Virus record (IMG/VR): IMGVR_UViG_3300025723_000076
Coordinates: 1-41,847 of that record
Source of the DNA: a virus
Lineage: Duplodnaviria > Caudoviricetes
Direction: 5' to 3' (one strand)
Length of the DNA: 41,847 bases
Shown here in pieces: positions 7,960 through 17,514 of this stretch (positions are counted from its first letter, which is position 1; the number at the start of each line of letters is the position of its first letter). Under the pieces are notes generated by a model, which did not search any database, was not told where the DNA came from, and saw only the letters and a program-made list of their open reading frames with translations. A program made the position numbers and the translations under genes.

Positions 7960-10251
7960 ATGCAAGAACAAATGACACGGGAAGAAATTCAGGCTATTGT
8001 ATCTGAATACAACGAAGCTGTTGAACGATCACTAAAAACGGGTATTCCCATATCTCAGGGGCTTGCAGATGAATTTAAAGACGCTTCTGTAGGCATCAGA
8101 GGTTATACTGCCAATTTAAAAGCAAGCCAAGCTGCATTAAAAACAGCAGGCGCAGGGCTAATTAAAAGTATAGTCGATGGCGAATCTGGTGCTGCGGTAT
8201 ACAATGATACTGTCAATGCTGGTGCTAAAACATTGGGAGTTTTTCTATCAAAAATTCCATATGTTGGTCAATTATTAGAAGGTTTAGTCAACGGTGCAGC
8301 TAAGTTTGAAAACGCTGTAGCTAAACAAGCAGACAAAGAATATAAATTATATCAAGATTTAAGTCGTAATGGGTTGGCATTAGGCATGGACAGTGCCTTT
8401 ACAAACTTACAAAAAGCCGGTTATACACTGAAGGAAATTGGGGATTACGGTGCCCTAATGAAGGAAAACTCGCAAGTAATGGCGGGAATTGCAGGTACAG
8501 CCCAAGATGGTGCTAATAAATTTGCCAGTATATCGAAAAATATTGCTAATTCAGGGCTAGAAACACAGTTCATGAATATGGGCAAAACTGTTCCTGAAAT
8601 CAATGCAAGTATAGCAAATTATATAAAATTACAACAAATAAGTGGCAGAACTTTATCAGCTGATGATGCAACAGTAGCACAAAGTGCCGCTGAATTCATG
8701 ATTGAACAAGATAGAATAACCAAGTTAACTGGTATTAGTGCAGATGCACAAACTAAAACGCTCGAAGCAGCACAAAACGTTGAATATTATGCTGCTGAAA
8801 AAGGCAAATTAGAAAGAGAAGCTGCGGAATTTGCAGGTACTGCACGAGGAGACGCTGCTAAACAAAAATTACAACGTAATGCATTGTTACTAGCAGATGC
8901 GCAAAGAGCAGGACCTGAAGCTGTAAAACAAATGACAGCTTATTTGGCAGGTGCTTCTAACACTGAAGACTATAGAAAATTTCAACAAACTTTTTCTGCA
9001 ACAGCTAATAAAATAGATTCTGGTTCAACAGATTTTGGTCTTATCCTTAATCAATATCATAAAGATGCTGAACAAAGTACTCGTACACAAAATAGTTTAG
9101 CTACATATGGTGTTTACAATAAGATATTTGGTAATTTTTCTGAAAATTTAAAATTAGCTGGATTAAGCACACAAGATTATACTAAATCTATTCGAGACGC
9201 AGATGGACAAATAACATTACAAATGTCAGGTGCAGATGCAGCAACAGCCGATATGGTTAAGCTACGTCAAGCACAGCGCAATTCAACTCAATCCTTAGAA
9301 TATATATTTCATCAAGCCATACCAATGGTAACAACTGGATTAGCTGCGCTAGCCGAAACTGTTGAAGATGCAGCTGGAGTCGCTGGAGAGATAGCAGGAA
9401 AGACTAAAAATGTAAGGAACGAAAAAGAAAAAGCCAAACTCAATGCCCAGGACGATAAAAACTGGAACAAAATGTCAACTACGGAAAAAGTAATATCTAG
9501 TATTCCGAGATCAATTGAAAAAGCAGGAAATTTAATCGGACTCAGTTCTATATCAGATCGTGCGGCTAAAAGTCGTATAGAAGCAGAAACTGCTGCGCAA
9601 AATCCAGATGCAAATGGTTTGATAAAATTCCAAGGTGGCAATACCGGCAACAGAGCAAATTTTGATGCAATGAGTGAAAAGGTAAAGCAGTCGTTTACTG
9701 CCATGGTTAAAGAATATGGAAAACCAGTTACTATAAATTCAGCAAAAAGAGAAATAGCTGATCAAGAACGATTATACACTGCTTGGAAAAACGGCGGCGG
9801 TGGACCCGGTAAAGATACTGTAGATGGAACGCCTTATGGCAGAATTACTAAACCAGTACCACCAGGAGGTAAAGATTCTCATGTAGAAGGTAGAGCATTA
9901 GATCTTAATATAAGTGATTATAATGCTTTGATATCTTCAGGATTAGCTGCCAAATATGGATTTAGCGGCGTAGCGAATGATCCAGGGCACTTGCAAATGC
10001 CATCAGCGGCTAATGGCGGGGTACTAAGTGGACCTACTGGAGGATATCATACAGCTTTGTCAGACACGAATGTTAAAGTCCCACTGCCTGACGGAAGATC
10101 TATACCTGCAAAAATAAAAAATAATTCCGGAAATGCATCTCGAGAGCAGGTTAAAATACTAAGTGAAGAATTAGATAGATTAGATTCAATATTAAATGTC
10201 ATGCAAAAACAAAATGATATTGCGTCTCGTATGTTGCAAAAACAAGGATAA
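7960..10251 (+). CDS. Tape-measure/hub-like protein 1 with C-terminal peptidase M15 (LAS-type) domain
   Basis: Long Ala/Gln/Lys-rich helical body. INSAKR...Q.RLY, SHVEGRALD (HxxxxxxD) and DPGHLQ zinc-peptidase motifs at about 9730-10000. Confidence 0.7.
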   Translation: MQEQMTREEIQAIVSEYNEAVERSLKTGIPISQGLADEFKDASVGIRGYTANLKASQAALKTAGAGLIKSIVDGESGAAVYNDTVNAGAKTLGVFLSKIPYVGQLLEGLVNGAAKFENAVAKQADKEYKLYQDLSRNGLALGMDSAFTNLQKAGYTLKEIGDYGALMKENSQVMAGIAGTAQDGANKFASISKNIANSGLETQFMNMGKTVPEINASIANYIKLQQISGRTLSADDATVAQSAAEFMIEQDRITKLTGISADAQTKTLEAAQNVEYYAAEKGKLEREAAEFAGTARGDAAKQKLQRNALLLADAQRAGPEAVKQMTAYLAGASNTEDYRKFQQTFSATANKIDSGSTDFGLILNQYHKDAEQSTRTQNSLATYGVYNKIFGNFSENLKLAGLSTQDYTKSIRDADGQITLQMSGADAATADMVKLRQAQRNSTQSLEYIFHQAIPMVTTGLAALAETVEDAAGVAGEIAGKTKNVRNEKEKAKLNAQDDKNWNKMSTTEKVISSIPRSIEKAGNLIGLSSISDRAAKSRIEAETAAQNPDANGLIKFQGGNTGNRANFDAMSEKVKQSFTAMVKEYGKPVTINSAKREIADQERLYTAWKNGGGGPGKDTVDGTPYGRITKPVPPGGKDSHVEGRALDLNISDYNALISSGLAAKYGFSGVANDPGHLQMPSAANGGVLSGPTGGYHTALSDTNVKVPLPDGRSIPAKIKNNSGNASREQVKILSEELDRLDSILNVMQKQNDIASRMLQKQG

Positions 10252-10260
10252 GTCAAATAA

Positions 10261-12621
10261 ATGGCAAATCAATACTCACCCTCTGAAATATCAGCCATTA
10301 TTGACGAATATAATAATGCAATAGATAAGAATATACCTGTATCTAGAGATTTGGCCAAAAGAATGGCTGATGCTAGTAAAGGACAAAAAGAATATACTGA
10401 TACATTAAAAGCCAGTTTTAATAATTTAAGTAGTTCTTTACTAGGTTTGACTGATAAATTTATCGAAGGCGAGGAAGGACTCAGTGTTTATAATGATTTA
10501 ACTAAATCATTAGGTGATGCATTAGGTGATTTACTAGGTTGGATTCCTGTTATTGGGCCAGCATTATCAGGTGCTGCAAAAGCAGGAGCTGACTACGTTA
10601 TTGCAACACAAAAACAAGGTGATGCATTATTTAAAATTTATCAAGATGTCAGCAAAAATGGACTGACATTAGGTATGGATGATACTTTTAAAAATCTCCA
10701 ATCTGCAGGATATACTTTAAAGGAAATGAGTCAATTCACTGAGCTAATGAAAAACAATGCTCAACTATTGGCTACATATGGTGGTACAGCGGCACAGGGT
10801 GCTAGTGAGTTTGTTAAAATTTCCGAGGCTATAACATCTTCGGGCATAAGAACTGAATTTCTTAACATGGGAATGACAGTTAATGATATTAATGATAGTA
10901 CTCTCAACTATATCAAATTCCAAAAAAATAGCGGGTCGATTAAAATAAAAACCCTGCAGGAACAAACAGAAGGTGCTAAAGATTTTATCGAACAACAAGA
11001 TAGATTGACAAAGATAACTGGGCTCAGTGCAGAGGCACAAAATAAAGCGATGGAACATGCTTTGTCTACTGAACAATATGCTGCTCGCAATGCAAAATTG
11101 CAAAGAATAGCAGATGCTGGAGCAGAAGGTGCAGAAGATGCTAGAAAAGAATTAGAATTAAATCGAACTTTAATTTCATATACACTGGGTTCTACAGAAA
11201 GTGAAAAGATAGTTGACAATCTTACTAAAGTATTAGCAGGTTCAATTAATGACCCTGGGTTTCAAGCATTTAGTATAGCATATCCTAAAGCGTTTGCGTC
11301 ATTGAGAAATGGTGTTAAAGATGCTAATTCTATCATGAATCTTATGGATGAAGATGCTGTACAAACTAGCAAAGATTATGAAGAAAGAGCAAGGGTAAGT
11401 ATTGCAAACAAAGCAATCAGTGATTTCCCAGCTATTCAACGTCAAGCTGGTAGAGCAGTTGGTGATAGAATTAAACTACAAGACAAAGCTCGTAAAGATC
11501 AAGTATTACAACAGAAAGGAGAAGTAGATCAGTCAACTAAAAATATGACTGATATTACTCAAGCACAACGTAATGCCACACAATCAGCTGAAGCTTTTAT
11601 TAATATAGGCATCGGACCTGTATTAAAAGCCTTTGGTGCAACTACTGATGTTATTGATCAAGTAGTTGGCTTGCCTGCTGAATTATTAGGAAAACAAGGA
11701 CAGGCTGGAGGAGGTACAACATTATTAGATAAAGCTAAGTCAACATTTGGTGCAACTCCAACTAGTTATACAGCACCTAGTCCAAGTTTAGGATTCAGTA
11801 CAAGTACTGCACCTTTAATGACGCCATCGAGTAGTCCTGCTAACATGACCCAGTATTTAAAAACTACTGCATTGTTAGAATCTGGGGGAAATACTAATGC
11901 TCGTGCAGGAACTAGTAGTGCAACTGGCATGTTTCAGTTTATAGATAAAACGTGGATCGATACTGTAAAACAAATGGGTAAAAATTATACACTCCAAGAT
12001 AGATACGATCCTGTAAAATCTGCGGAAGTAATGAAATATTTTACAGAAAACAACAAAAAGATATTAGAAACAACCACAGGTAAGGCAGCGACGTCTACTG
12101 ATTTATATATGGCACATTTCTTAGGTGCAGGAAATGCTGCTAGATTTTTAAATCTTATGAATGCTAATCCCGATGCTATTGCAGCCAACTTCTTTCCTGC
12201 ACCTGCTGCTGCAAATCATTCTATATTTTATGATAAAGATACTCCAAGAAGCTTAAAAGATGTTTACGCATTGATGGGATCAAAAGTAGCAAAAGCTGAA
12301 GAAGCGGTTTCGACAAATAAATGGGGCGGAAAAGATTTACCTTCATCAGTTGCAACATTAAACACAGGAGAAATTCCTAAAGGTGCATCGGGTAATATAT
12401 TAAGTGGGCCAACTAGTGGATTTATGGCTTTGTTACATGGGGTAGAAGCTGTAGTTCCGTTACGTGACGGTAAAACAATTCAAGTAGAAACAAATGAAGA
12501 TGAAGAATCTACAGAAGTAATTGAAATGTTAGCAATGAAAGTACAGAAATTAGATAAAATAATAAACAGTATGCAAAGTCACGTGCGTACTTCTAACAAG
12601 ATATTACAACTACAAAGCTAA
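10261..12621 (+). CDS. Tape-measure/hub-like protein 2 with C-terminal lytic transglycosylase (lysozyme-like) domain
   Basis: Paralogous to 7960-10251. LESGGN...SSATGMFQFIDKTW...LYMAHFLGAG motifs at about 11870-12140. Confidence 0.72.
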   Translation: MANQYSPSEISAIIDEYNNAIDKNIPVSRDLAKRMADASKGQKEYTDTLKASFNNLSSSLLGLTDKFIEGEEGLSVYNDLTKSLGDALGDLLGWIPVIGPALSGAAKAGADYVIATQKQGDALFKIYQDVSKNGLTLGMDDTFKNLQSAGYTLKEMSQFTELMKNNAQLLATYGGTAAQGASEFVKISEAITSSGIRTEFLNMGMTVNDINDSTLNYIKFQKNSGSIKIKTLQEQTEGAKDFIEQQDRLTKITGLSAEAQNKAMEHALSTEQYAARNAKLQRIADAGAEGAEDARKELELNRTLISYTLGSTESEKIVDNLTKVLAGSINDPGFQAFSIAYPKAFASLRNGVKDANSIMNLMDEDAVQTSKDYEERARVSIANKAISDFPAIQRQAGRAVGDRIKLQDKARKDQVLQQKGEVDQSTKNMTDITQAQRNATQSAEAFINIGIGPVLKAFGATTDVIDQVVGLPAELLGKQGQAGGGTTLLDKAKSTFGATPTSYTAPSPSLGFSTSTAPLMTPSSSPANMTQYLKTTALLESGGNTNARAGTSSATGMFQFIDKTWIDTVKQMGKNYTLQDRYDPVKSAEVMKYFTENNKKILETTTGKAATSTDLYMAHFLGAGNAARFLNLMNANPDAIAANFFPAPAAANHSIFYDKDTPRSLKDVYALMGSKVAKAEEAVSTNKWGGKDLPSSVATLNTGEIPKGASGNILSGPTSGFMALLHGVEAVVPLRDGKTIQVETNEDEESTEVIEMLAMKVQKLDKIINSMQSHVRTSNKILQLQS

Positions 12622-12624
12622 TAA

Positions 12625-12632
12625 GCTAAATA
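12625..12632 (+). promoter_or_regulatory. Late promoter-like box GCTAAATA, 7 nt before the portal ATG
   Basis: TAAATA core, no SD. Confidence 0.55.
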
Positions 12633-12639
12633 ATACACT

Positions 12640-14478
12640 ATGGCAACTTCAAATGGACGCAATGGCCGCAACGGCAGCTGGCGCAAGTACTTCAAACTTG
12701 CTGATACAAATCAGCTAGGACAACTCAGCCCGATATCGGGGAAAAATAACTTTGGACTCCCGGGTTATAATCGACCTGGATCTGATTTCGATGAAGGCAC
12801 TCGTAATGAGTTTGCATTCCGTAACTATGCAAGTAGACTGCCTGAAGTTTATTCAGGGCACCCAAATCGTTTAGAACGCTACAATCAATATGAAAATATG
12901 GATTGTGATAGCGAAGTAAATGCCTGTTTGGATATTATTGCTGAATTTAGCACGCAAGCCAATGGAGATAATGGTACTCCATTTGATATTGATTTTGCTG
13001 AACAACCTAGTGATCACGAAATTGAAATTATTAAAAAACAATTACAGCAATGGTCTAAATTAAACAAATTTGACCAAAGAATATTTAAATTATTCAGAAA
13101 TACCATTAAGTATGGCGATCAAGTGTTTGTACGTGATCCAGAAACATTCCAAATGTACTGGATTGATATGATTAAAGTAGCACGTATTATTGTCAATGAA
13201 AGTGAAGGTAAGCGTCCTGAGCAATATATCATACGTGACATCAATCCCAACTTCCAAAACATGAGTATGGCGGCTAAAACTACGTCAGACTATTATGTAA
13301 GTCGTTCAACTGGATCAGTTACCACTGGAAATAACTATAACGCACCTAATGGCGGTGCAGGTGGCGGCGGAGGTGGTGGAGTTGGGAACAGTCGTTTTAC
13401 GCAGGCAATGAATGAATCGTGTATCGATGCTAAACATGTAGTACATTTAAGTTTAAATGAAGGTTTAGACTACTTTTGGCCATTTGGTCAAAGCATTTTA
13501 GAAAACATTTATAAAGTTTACAAACAAAAAGAATTATTAGAAGATTCTGTATTAATTTATCGTGTACAGCGTGCTCCGGAACGTCGCTTATTTAAAATTG
13601 ACGTGGGTAATATGCCAAGTCATTTAGCAATGGCCTTTGTAGAACGTGTTAAAAATGAAATGCATCAACGTCGTATACCTACTGTAACAGGTGGTGGTGC
13701 TAATATGATGGATGCAAGCTATAATCCATTAAGTGTAAACGAAGATTATTTCTTTCCTCAAACTAGCGAAGGACGTGGTAGTAGTGTTGAAGTACTGCCA
13801 GGCGGACAAAATCTAGGCGAAATTGACGATTTAAAATATTTTAACAACAAAATGGCACGTGGTCTACGTGTTCCAAGTAGTTATTTGCCCACTGGACCAG
13901 ATGATAGTTCAGCACCAATGAATGATGGACGCGTCGGAACTGCACTAATACAAGAATTCCGCTTTAACAAATACTGTGAACGTTTGCAAAAATTAATTAT
14001 GCAGAAGTTAGATGATGAGTTCAAGATGTTCCTTCAGTGGAGAGGCTTCAGTATTGATAGCAGTATCTTCTCAATTAAACTAACACAACCACAAAATTTT
14101 GCCAGCTATCGTCAGTCTGAACTTGATACTGCTCGTGTAAGCACATTTACTGCGATTGAACCACTTCCATATCTTTCAAAACGCTTTTTATTGAAGAGAT
14201 ACTTAGGATTAACTGAAGAAGAGATTCTAGAAAATGAAACATTATGGAAAGAAGAAAGAGATTTAACTGAAATTATCAAACCATCTGGACAGGATTTGCG
14301 CTCAGTTGGAGTTACTCCTGGCGGGATGGATGCAGATATAGATATGGGTGATGAATTAGCTGGGTCAGAATTAGGTAGCGCCGAAACTGATACAGGCGCA
14401 GGTCCTGCACAAGCACCACAAACTGCTCCAGGTGCAGGATCAGTTGGTAGTCCCGCAGGAAACACTGCTGGTGCATAA
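12640..14478 (+). CDS. gp20: Portal vertex protein
   Basis: LLEDSVLIYRVQRAPERRLFKIDVGNMP, EDYFFP...GRGSSVEVLPGGQNLGEIDDLKYF, LRVPSSYL, EFRFNKYCERLQ. Confidence 0.96.
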   Translation: MATSNGRNGRNGSWRKYFKLADTNQLGQLSPISGKNNFGLPGYNRPGSDFDEGTRNEFAFRNYASRLPEVYSGHPNRLERYNQYENMDCDSEVNACLDIIAEFSTQANGDNGTPFDIDFAEQPSDHEIEIIKKQLQQWSKLNKFDQRIFKLFRNTIKYGDQVFVRDPETFQMYWIDMIKVARIIVNESEGKRPEQYIIRDINPNFQNMSMAAKTTSDYYVSRSTGSVTTGNNYNAPNGGAGGGGGGGVGNSRFTQAMNESCIDAKHVVHLSLNEGLDYFWPFGQSILENIYKVYKQKELLEDSVLIYRVQRAPERRLFKIDVGNMPSHLAMAFVERVKNEMHQRRIPTVTGGGANMMDASYNPLSVNEDYFFPQTSEGRGSSVEVLPGGQNLGEIDDLKYFNNKMARGLRVPSSYLPTGPDDSSAPMNDGRVGTALIQEFRFNKYCERLQKLIMQKLDDEFKMFLQWRGFSIDSSIFSIKLTQPQNFASYRQSELDTARVSTFTAIEPLPYLSKRFLLKRYLGLTEEEILENETLWKEERDLTEIIKPSGQDLRSVGVTPGGMDADIDMGDELAGSELGSAETDTGAGPAQAPQTAPGAGSVGSPAGNTAGA

Positions 14479-14492
14479 ATTTAAAATAATCA

Positions 14493-14500
14493 ACTAAATA
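14493..14500 (+). promoter_or_regulatory. Late promoter-like box ACTAAATA, 7 nt before the ATG at 14508
   Basis: TAAATA core, no SD. Confidence 0.55.
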
Positions 14501-14507
14501 CATTACT

Positions 14508-14735
14508 ATGATTTTAAACGAACTTTACAAAAAAAGCCCGAACTCTTATCAAGACTTAGAGGATGATAATTCACAACCTCAAATGGGACAATTGCGAAAA
14601 AGTCGTTTAACATTAAAACAAATTCATAAATTAAGAAAAATGAATGAGCTCCGTGAAATAGAATTCAAAAATAAATTGAAATACGTTAAGGCTCAATATT
14701 CACCAGCAGTAGAGCCTACTGCACCTCCAATGTAA
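14508..14735 (+). CDS. Small basic head-cluster protein, function unknown
   Basis: Fills the gap between portal and core genes and has its own late box. RKSRLTLKQIHKLRKM helix. Confidence 0.7.
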   Translation: MILNELYKKSPNSYQDLEDDNSQPQMGQLRKSRLTLKQIHKLRKMNELREIEFKNKLKYVKAQYSPAVEPTAPPM

Positions 14736-14803
14736 CAAAAAATACATAAATTACACAAAATACATCACTTTTATGTCCTTACAAGTCTAATATTAGCAGT
14801 TAA

Positions 14804-14811
14804 TATAAATA
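14804..14811 (+). promoter_or_regulatory. Late promoter TATAAATA for the core-protease-scaffold-capsid unit
   Basis: Exact consensus. TAAGGAGA SD before the ATG at 14843. Confidence 0.75.
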
Positions 14812-14842
14812 TATTCACGAGCCATTCATCTAAGGAGATAAA

Positions 14843-15736
14843 ATGAAATCGAAATTTGAACAGTTAATCGAATATGTGATTAACGATGACACCGACAAAG
14901 CTAAAGAGCTTTTCCATAATATTGTAGTTGAGAAATCGCGCGAAATTTATGAAACACTAATGAACGAGGAAGATATCGAGGAAGTTGACGAATCTGCCGA
15001 AGAAGAAGAAGAATCCGTTGAAGAAGGTATGGATAATACTTCTGGTGACTCTAGTCAAGATTTAATGCGTGAAGTCGAAACTGACGAAAGCGGCATGAAT
15101 GAAGAAGAGGAAGAAGAAGAAGGCGCAGATACTGAATTCGACGACGAAGCTGAAGAAGATGGCGACGAATTTACTAAAGACATGGAACATGACCATGATG
15201 AGATGGACGGCGGCGAAGATTTAGAAGATCGTGTTGTTGATCTTGAAGACAAACTCGACGAATTAATGGCTGAATTTGAAGAACTCATGGGCGGCGAAGA
15301 AGGTCATGGCGATGACGAGTTTGATATGGAACCAGTAGATGGTGAAGTTGGCGGCGATGCGTATGCAGACGATGATACTTCAGAATTCAAAGACATGCCA
15401 ATGAGCGAAAACGTTAGTTTAGACAAAGTTCCTGCTCCGAAACATGGTGACAACGGTGCAAACCCTAAGTCAACTACTGCGTTTAATTCAGGTGCAGCTG
15501 GTATGCAAGGAAAACCAGTACGTAACGTAGCAGCAGAGGCAAATCCAGATGGAACATCAGCATACAAAGCTCCAAATAGCTATGCTGATAAAGGACGCGG
15601 AGATTTACCAGGTGCTGGAAAATTCAAAAATACTCCAGCAAAAGGCGGTGTTAATAGTAAATTAACTCCAGCTCCAAAACCACATTTAGCCCAGGCAACT
15701 GGTGTTAATACTAAAACACCTTTTCCAAAAGGTTAA
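14843..15736 (+). CDS. Highly acidic prohead core/scaffold-like protein (position of T4 gp67/gp68)
   Basis: E/D-rich middle, P/G/K-rich tail, located between gp20 and gp21. Confidence 0.65.
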   Translation: MKSKFEQLIEYVINDDTDKAKELFHNIVVEKSREIYETLMNEEDIEEVDESAEEEEESVEEGMDNTSGDSSQDLMREVETDESGMNEEEEEEEGADTEFDDEAEEDGDEFTKDMEHDHDEMDGGEDLEDRVVDLEDKLDELMAEFEELMGGEEGHGDDEFDMEPVDGEVGGDAYADDDTSEFKDMPMSENVSLDKVPAPKHGDNGANPKSTTAFNSGAAGMQGKPVRNVAAEANPDGTSAYKAPNSYADKGRGDLPGAGKFKNTPAKGGVNSKLTPAPKPHLAQATGVNTKTPFPKG

Positions 15737-15745
15737 TAGATAGAT

Positions 15746-16396
15746 ATGGCTCGTCATACATATCTCAAAGAACATCTAAGCTTCACTCAGGCAAAAGTAG
15801 AACTTTTAACTGAGGAAGCCAAAGATGGCGGCAAAACTCTTTATATGAAGGGTATTTGTATTGAGGGCGGCGTAAGAAACGCTAATGAGCGTGTATATCC
15901 AGTTAACGAAATTGCCAAAGCAGTAGACACTATCAACGAACAACTTAAATCAGGTCATTCAGTATTAGGCGAAGTAGACCATCCCGATGATTTGAAAATT
16001 AATTTAGATCGTGTGAGTCACATGATTGAAGGTATGTGGATGGAAGGTCCCTGCGGCTACGGAAAGTTAAAGATATTACCAACACCTATGGGTCAACTTG
16101 TAAAAACAATGTTAGATTCAGGTGTGAAGTTAGGGGTTAGTAGTCGTGGATCAGGAAATGTCAACGACTCCAACGGACATGTCAGTGACTTTGAAATCGT
16201 CACTGTTGATGTAGTTGCTCAGCCAAGTGCTCCAAATGCATATCCAACAGCAATTTACGAAGGCTTGTTAAATCATGCCGGCGGTCAAAAACTATTGGAA
16301 ATGTTTAAGGATCCAGCTAAAAGCAACAAAGCACAGAAATACGTATCAAATGAAGTAATTCGTTTAATACGTAGTCTGAAGATCGAAGGAAAATAA
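15746..16396 (+). CDS. gp21: Prohead protease
   Basis: RNANERVYP, LGEVDHP, SHMI, LGVSSRGSG, DVVAQPSAPNAY. Confidence 0.95.
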   Translation: MARHTYLKEHLSFTQAKVELLTEEAKDGGKTLYMKGICIEGGVRNANERVYPVNEIAKAVDTINEQLKSGHSVLGEVDHPDDLKINLDRVSHMIEGMWMEGPCGYGKLKILPTPMGQLVKTMLDSGVKLGVSSRGSGNVNDSNGHVSDFEIVTVDVVAQPSAPNAYPTAIYEGLLNHAGGQKLLEMFKDPAKSNKAQKYVSNEVIRLIRSLKIEGK

Positions 16397-16397
16397 T

Positions 16398-17495
16398 ATG
16401 CTAGACGCATTGAAACCGTTACTAGATAGCGAGTTTGTTACAGAGGAAGCGAAAGCAGAAATCAACGAGGCTTGGGAAGCTAAGATTGTTGAAGCCAAAG
16501 AACAAGCCCGTGCGGAACTCCGCGAAGAGTTCGCACAACGCTACGAGCATGACAAATCAGTGATGGTGGAAGCCCTAGATCGCATGGTATCAGAAAGTCT
16601 TATCGCAGAAGTCCAACAGTTAAAAGCTGAAAAAGCTCAATTAGCTGAAGATCGTGTCAAGTTCCAACGCAAAATGAAAGAAGATAGCAACAAGTTTAAC
16701 AACTTTATGGTATCTAAATTAGCGGAAGAAATTGGCGAATTGCGTAAAGACCGCAAAACACATAACGAAGGCCTAGAGAAATTAGAAGGCTTTATCGTTC
16801 ATGCGTTAGCTCGTGAAATTCGTGAATTCCAAGAAGACAAGCGTGATGTAGTTGAAACTAAGGTACGCCTGGTTCAAAATGCACGTGGTCAATTAGAATC
16901 ATTAAAGAGCCGTTTCGTAAAAGAATCTGCTGAAAAAATGTCACAAGCTGTATCCAAGCATCTCAAGGCTGAACTCAGCCAATTGAAAGAAGACATCCAA
17001 GTTGCTCGCGAGAACAATTTTGGTCGTCGTATTTTTGAAGCATACTCAGCAGAATTTGGTGCTACTCATTTAAATGAGAAAGCAGAAGTTCGTAAACTGC
17101 ATGATGTAATTGCTCAGAAAGATCAAAAAATTGCTGAAGCCATCAAATTCGCTAAGAAGGCAACTGTCTTAGTCGAATCCAAGGAACGTGAAGTACGCAT
17201 CCTAAAAGAATCTAATGTACGTACTCGTACAATGGAAGAATTGCTTAGTCCTCTAAATGAAGAAAAAGCAGAAGTAATGCGTAATTTACTTGAAAGCGTT
17301 CAAACTACACGTTTGAAATCTGCTTTTGAAAAGTATCTACCAGCGGTATTAGAGAATCGTTCAGTAAAAGCTACTAAACCAGTAATTACTGAAACATTAA
17401 CTGAAGCAACTGGCGATAAATCTGCCCGTGTCCAAGAGCAAGAAGACGAAAGCGAAAGCAATGTCATTGATCTTAAGCGGTTGGCAGGGCTGTAA
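16398..17495 (+). CDS. gp22: Prohead core scaffold protein
   Basis: E/K-rich coiled coil between gp21 and gp23. Confidence 0.8.
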   Translation: MLDALKPLLDSEFVTEEAKAEINEAWEAKIVEAKEQARAELREEFAQRYEHDKSVMVEALDRMVSESLIAEVQQLKAEKAQLAEDRVKFQRKMKEDSNKFNNFMVSKLAEEIGELRKDRKTHNEGLEKLEGFIVHALAREIREFQEDKRDVVETKVRLVQNARGQLESLKSRFVKESAEKMSQAVSKHLKAELSQLKEDIQVARENNFGRRIFEAYSAEFGATHLNEKAEVRKLHDVIAQKDQKIAEAIKFAKKATVLVESKEREVRILKESNVRTRTMEELLSPLNEEKAEVMRNLLESVQTTRLKSAFEKYLPAVLENRSVKATKPVITETLTEATGDKSARVQEQEDESESNVIDLKRLAGL

Positions 17496-17514
17496 AAACA
17501 CAAAGGAGACTTAA

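Noticed and set aside
13351-13386. Poly-glycine stretch in the portal gene as a possible insertion element
   Set aside because: It is a short in-frame low-complexity loop with no intein or mobile-element features.
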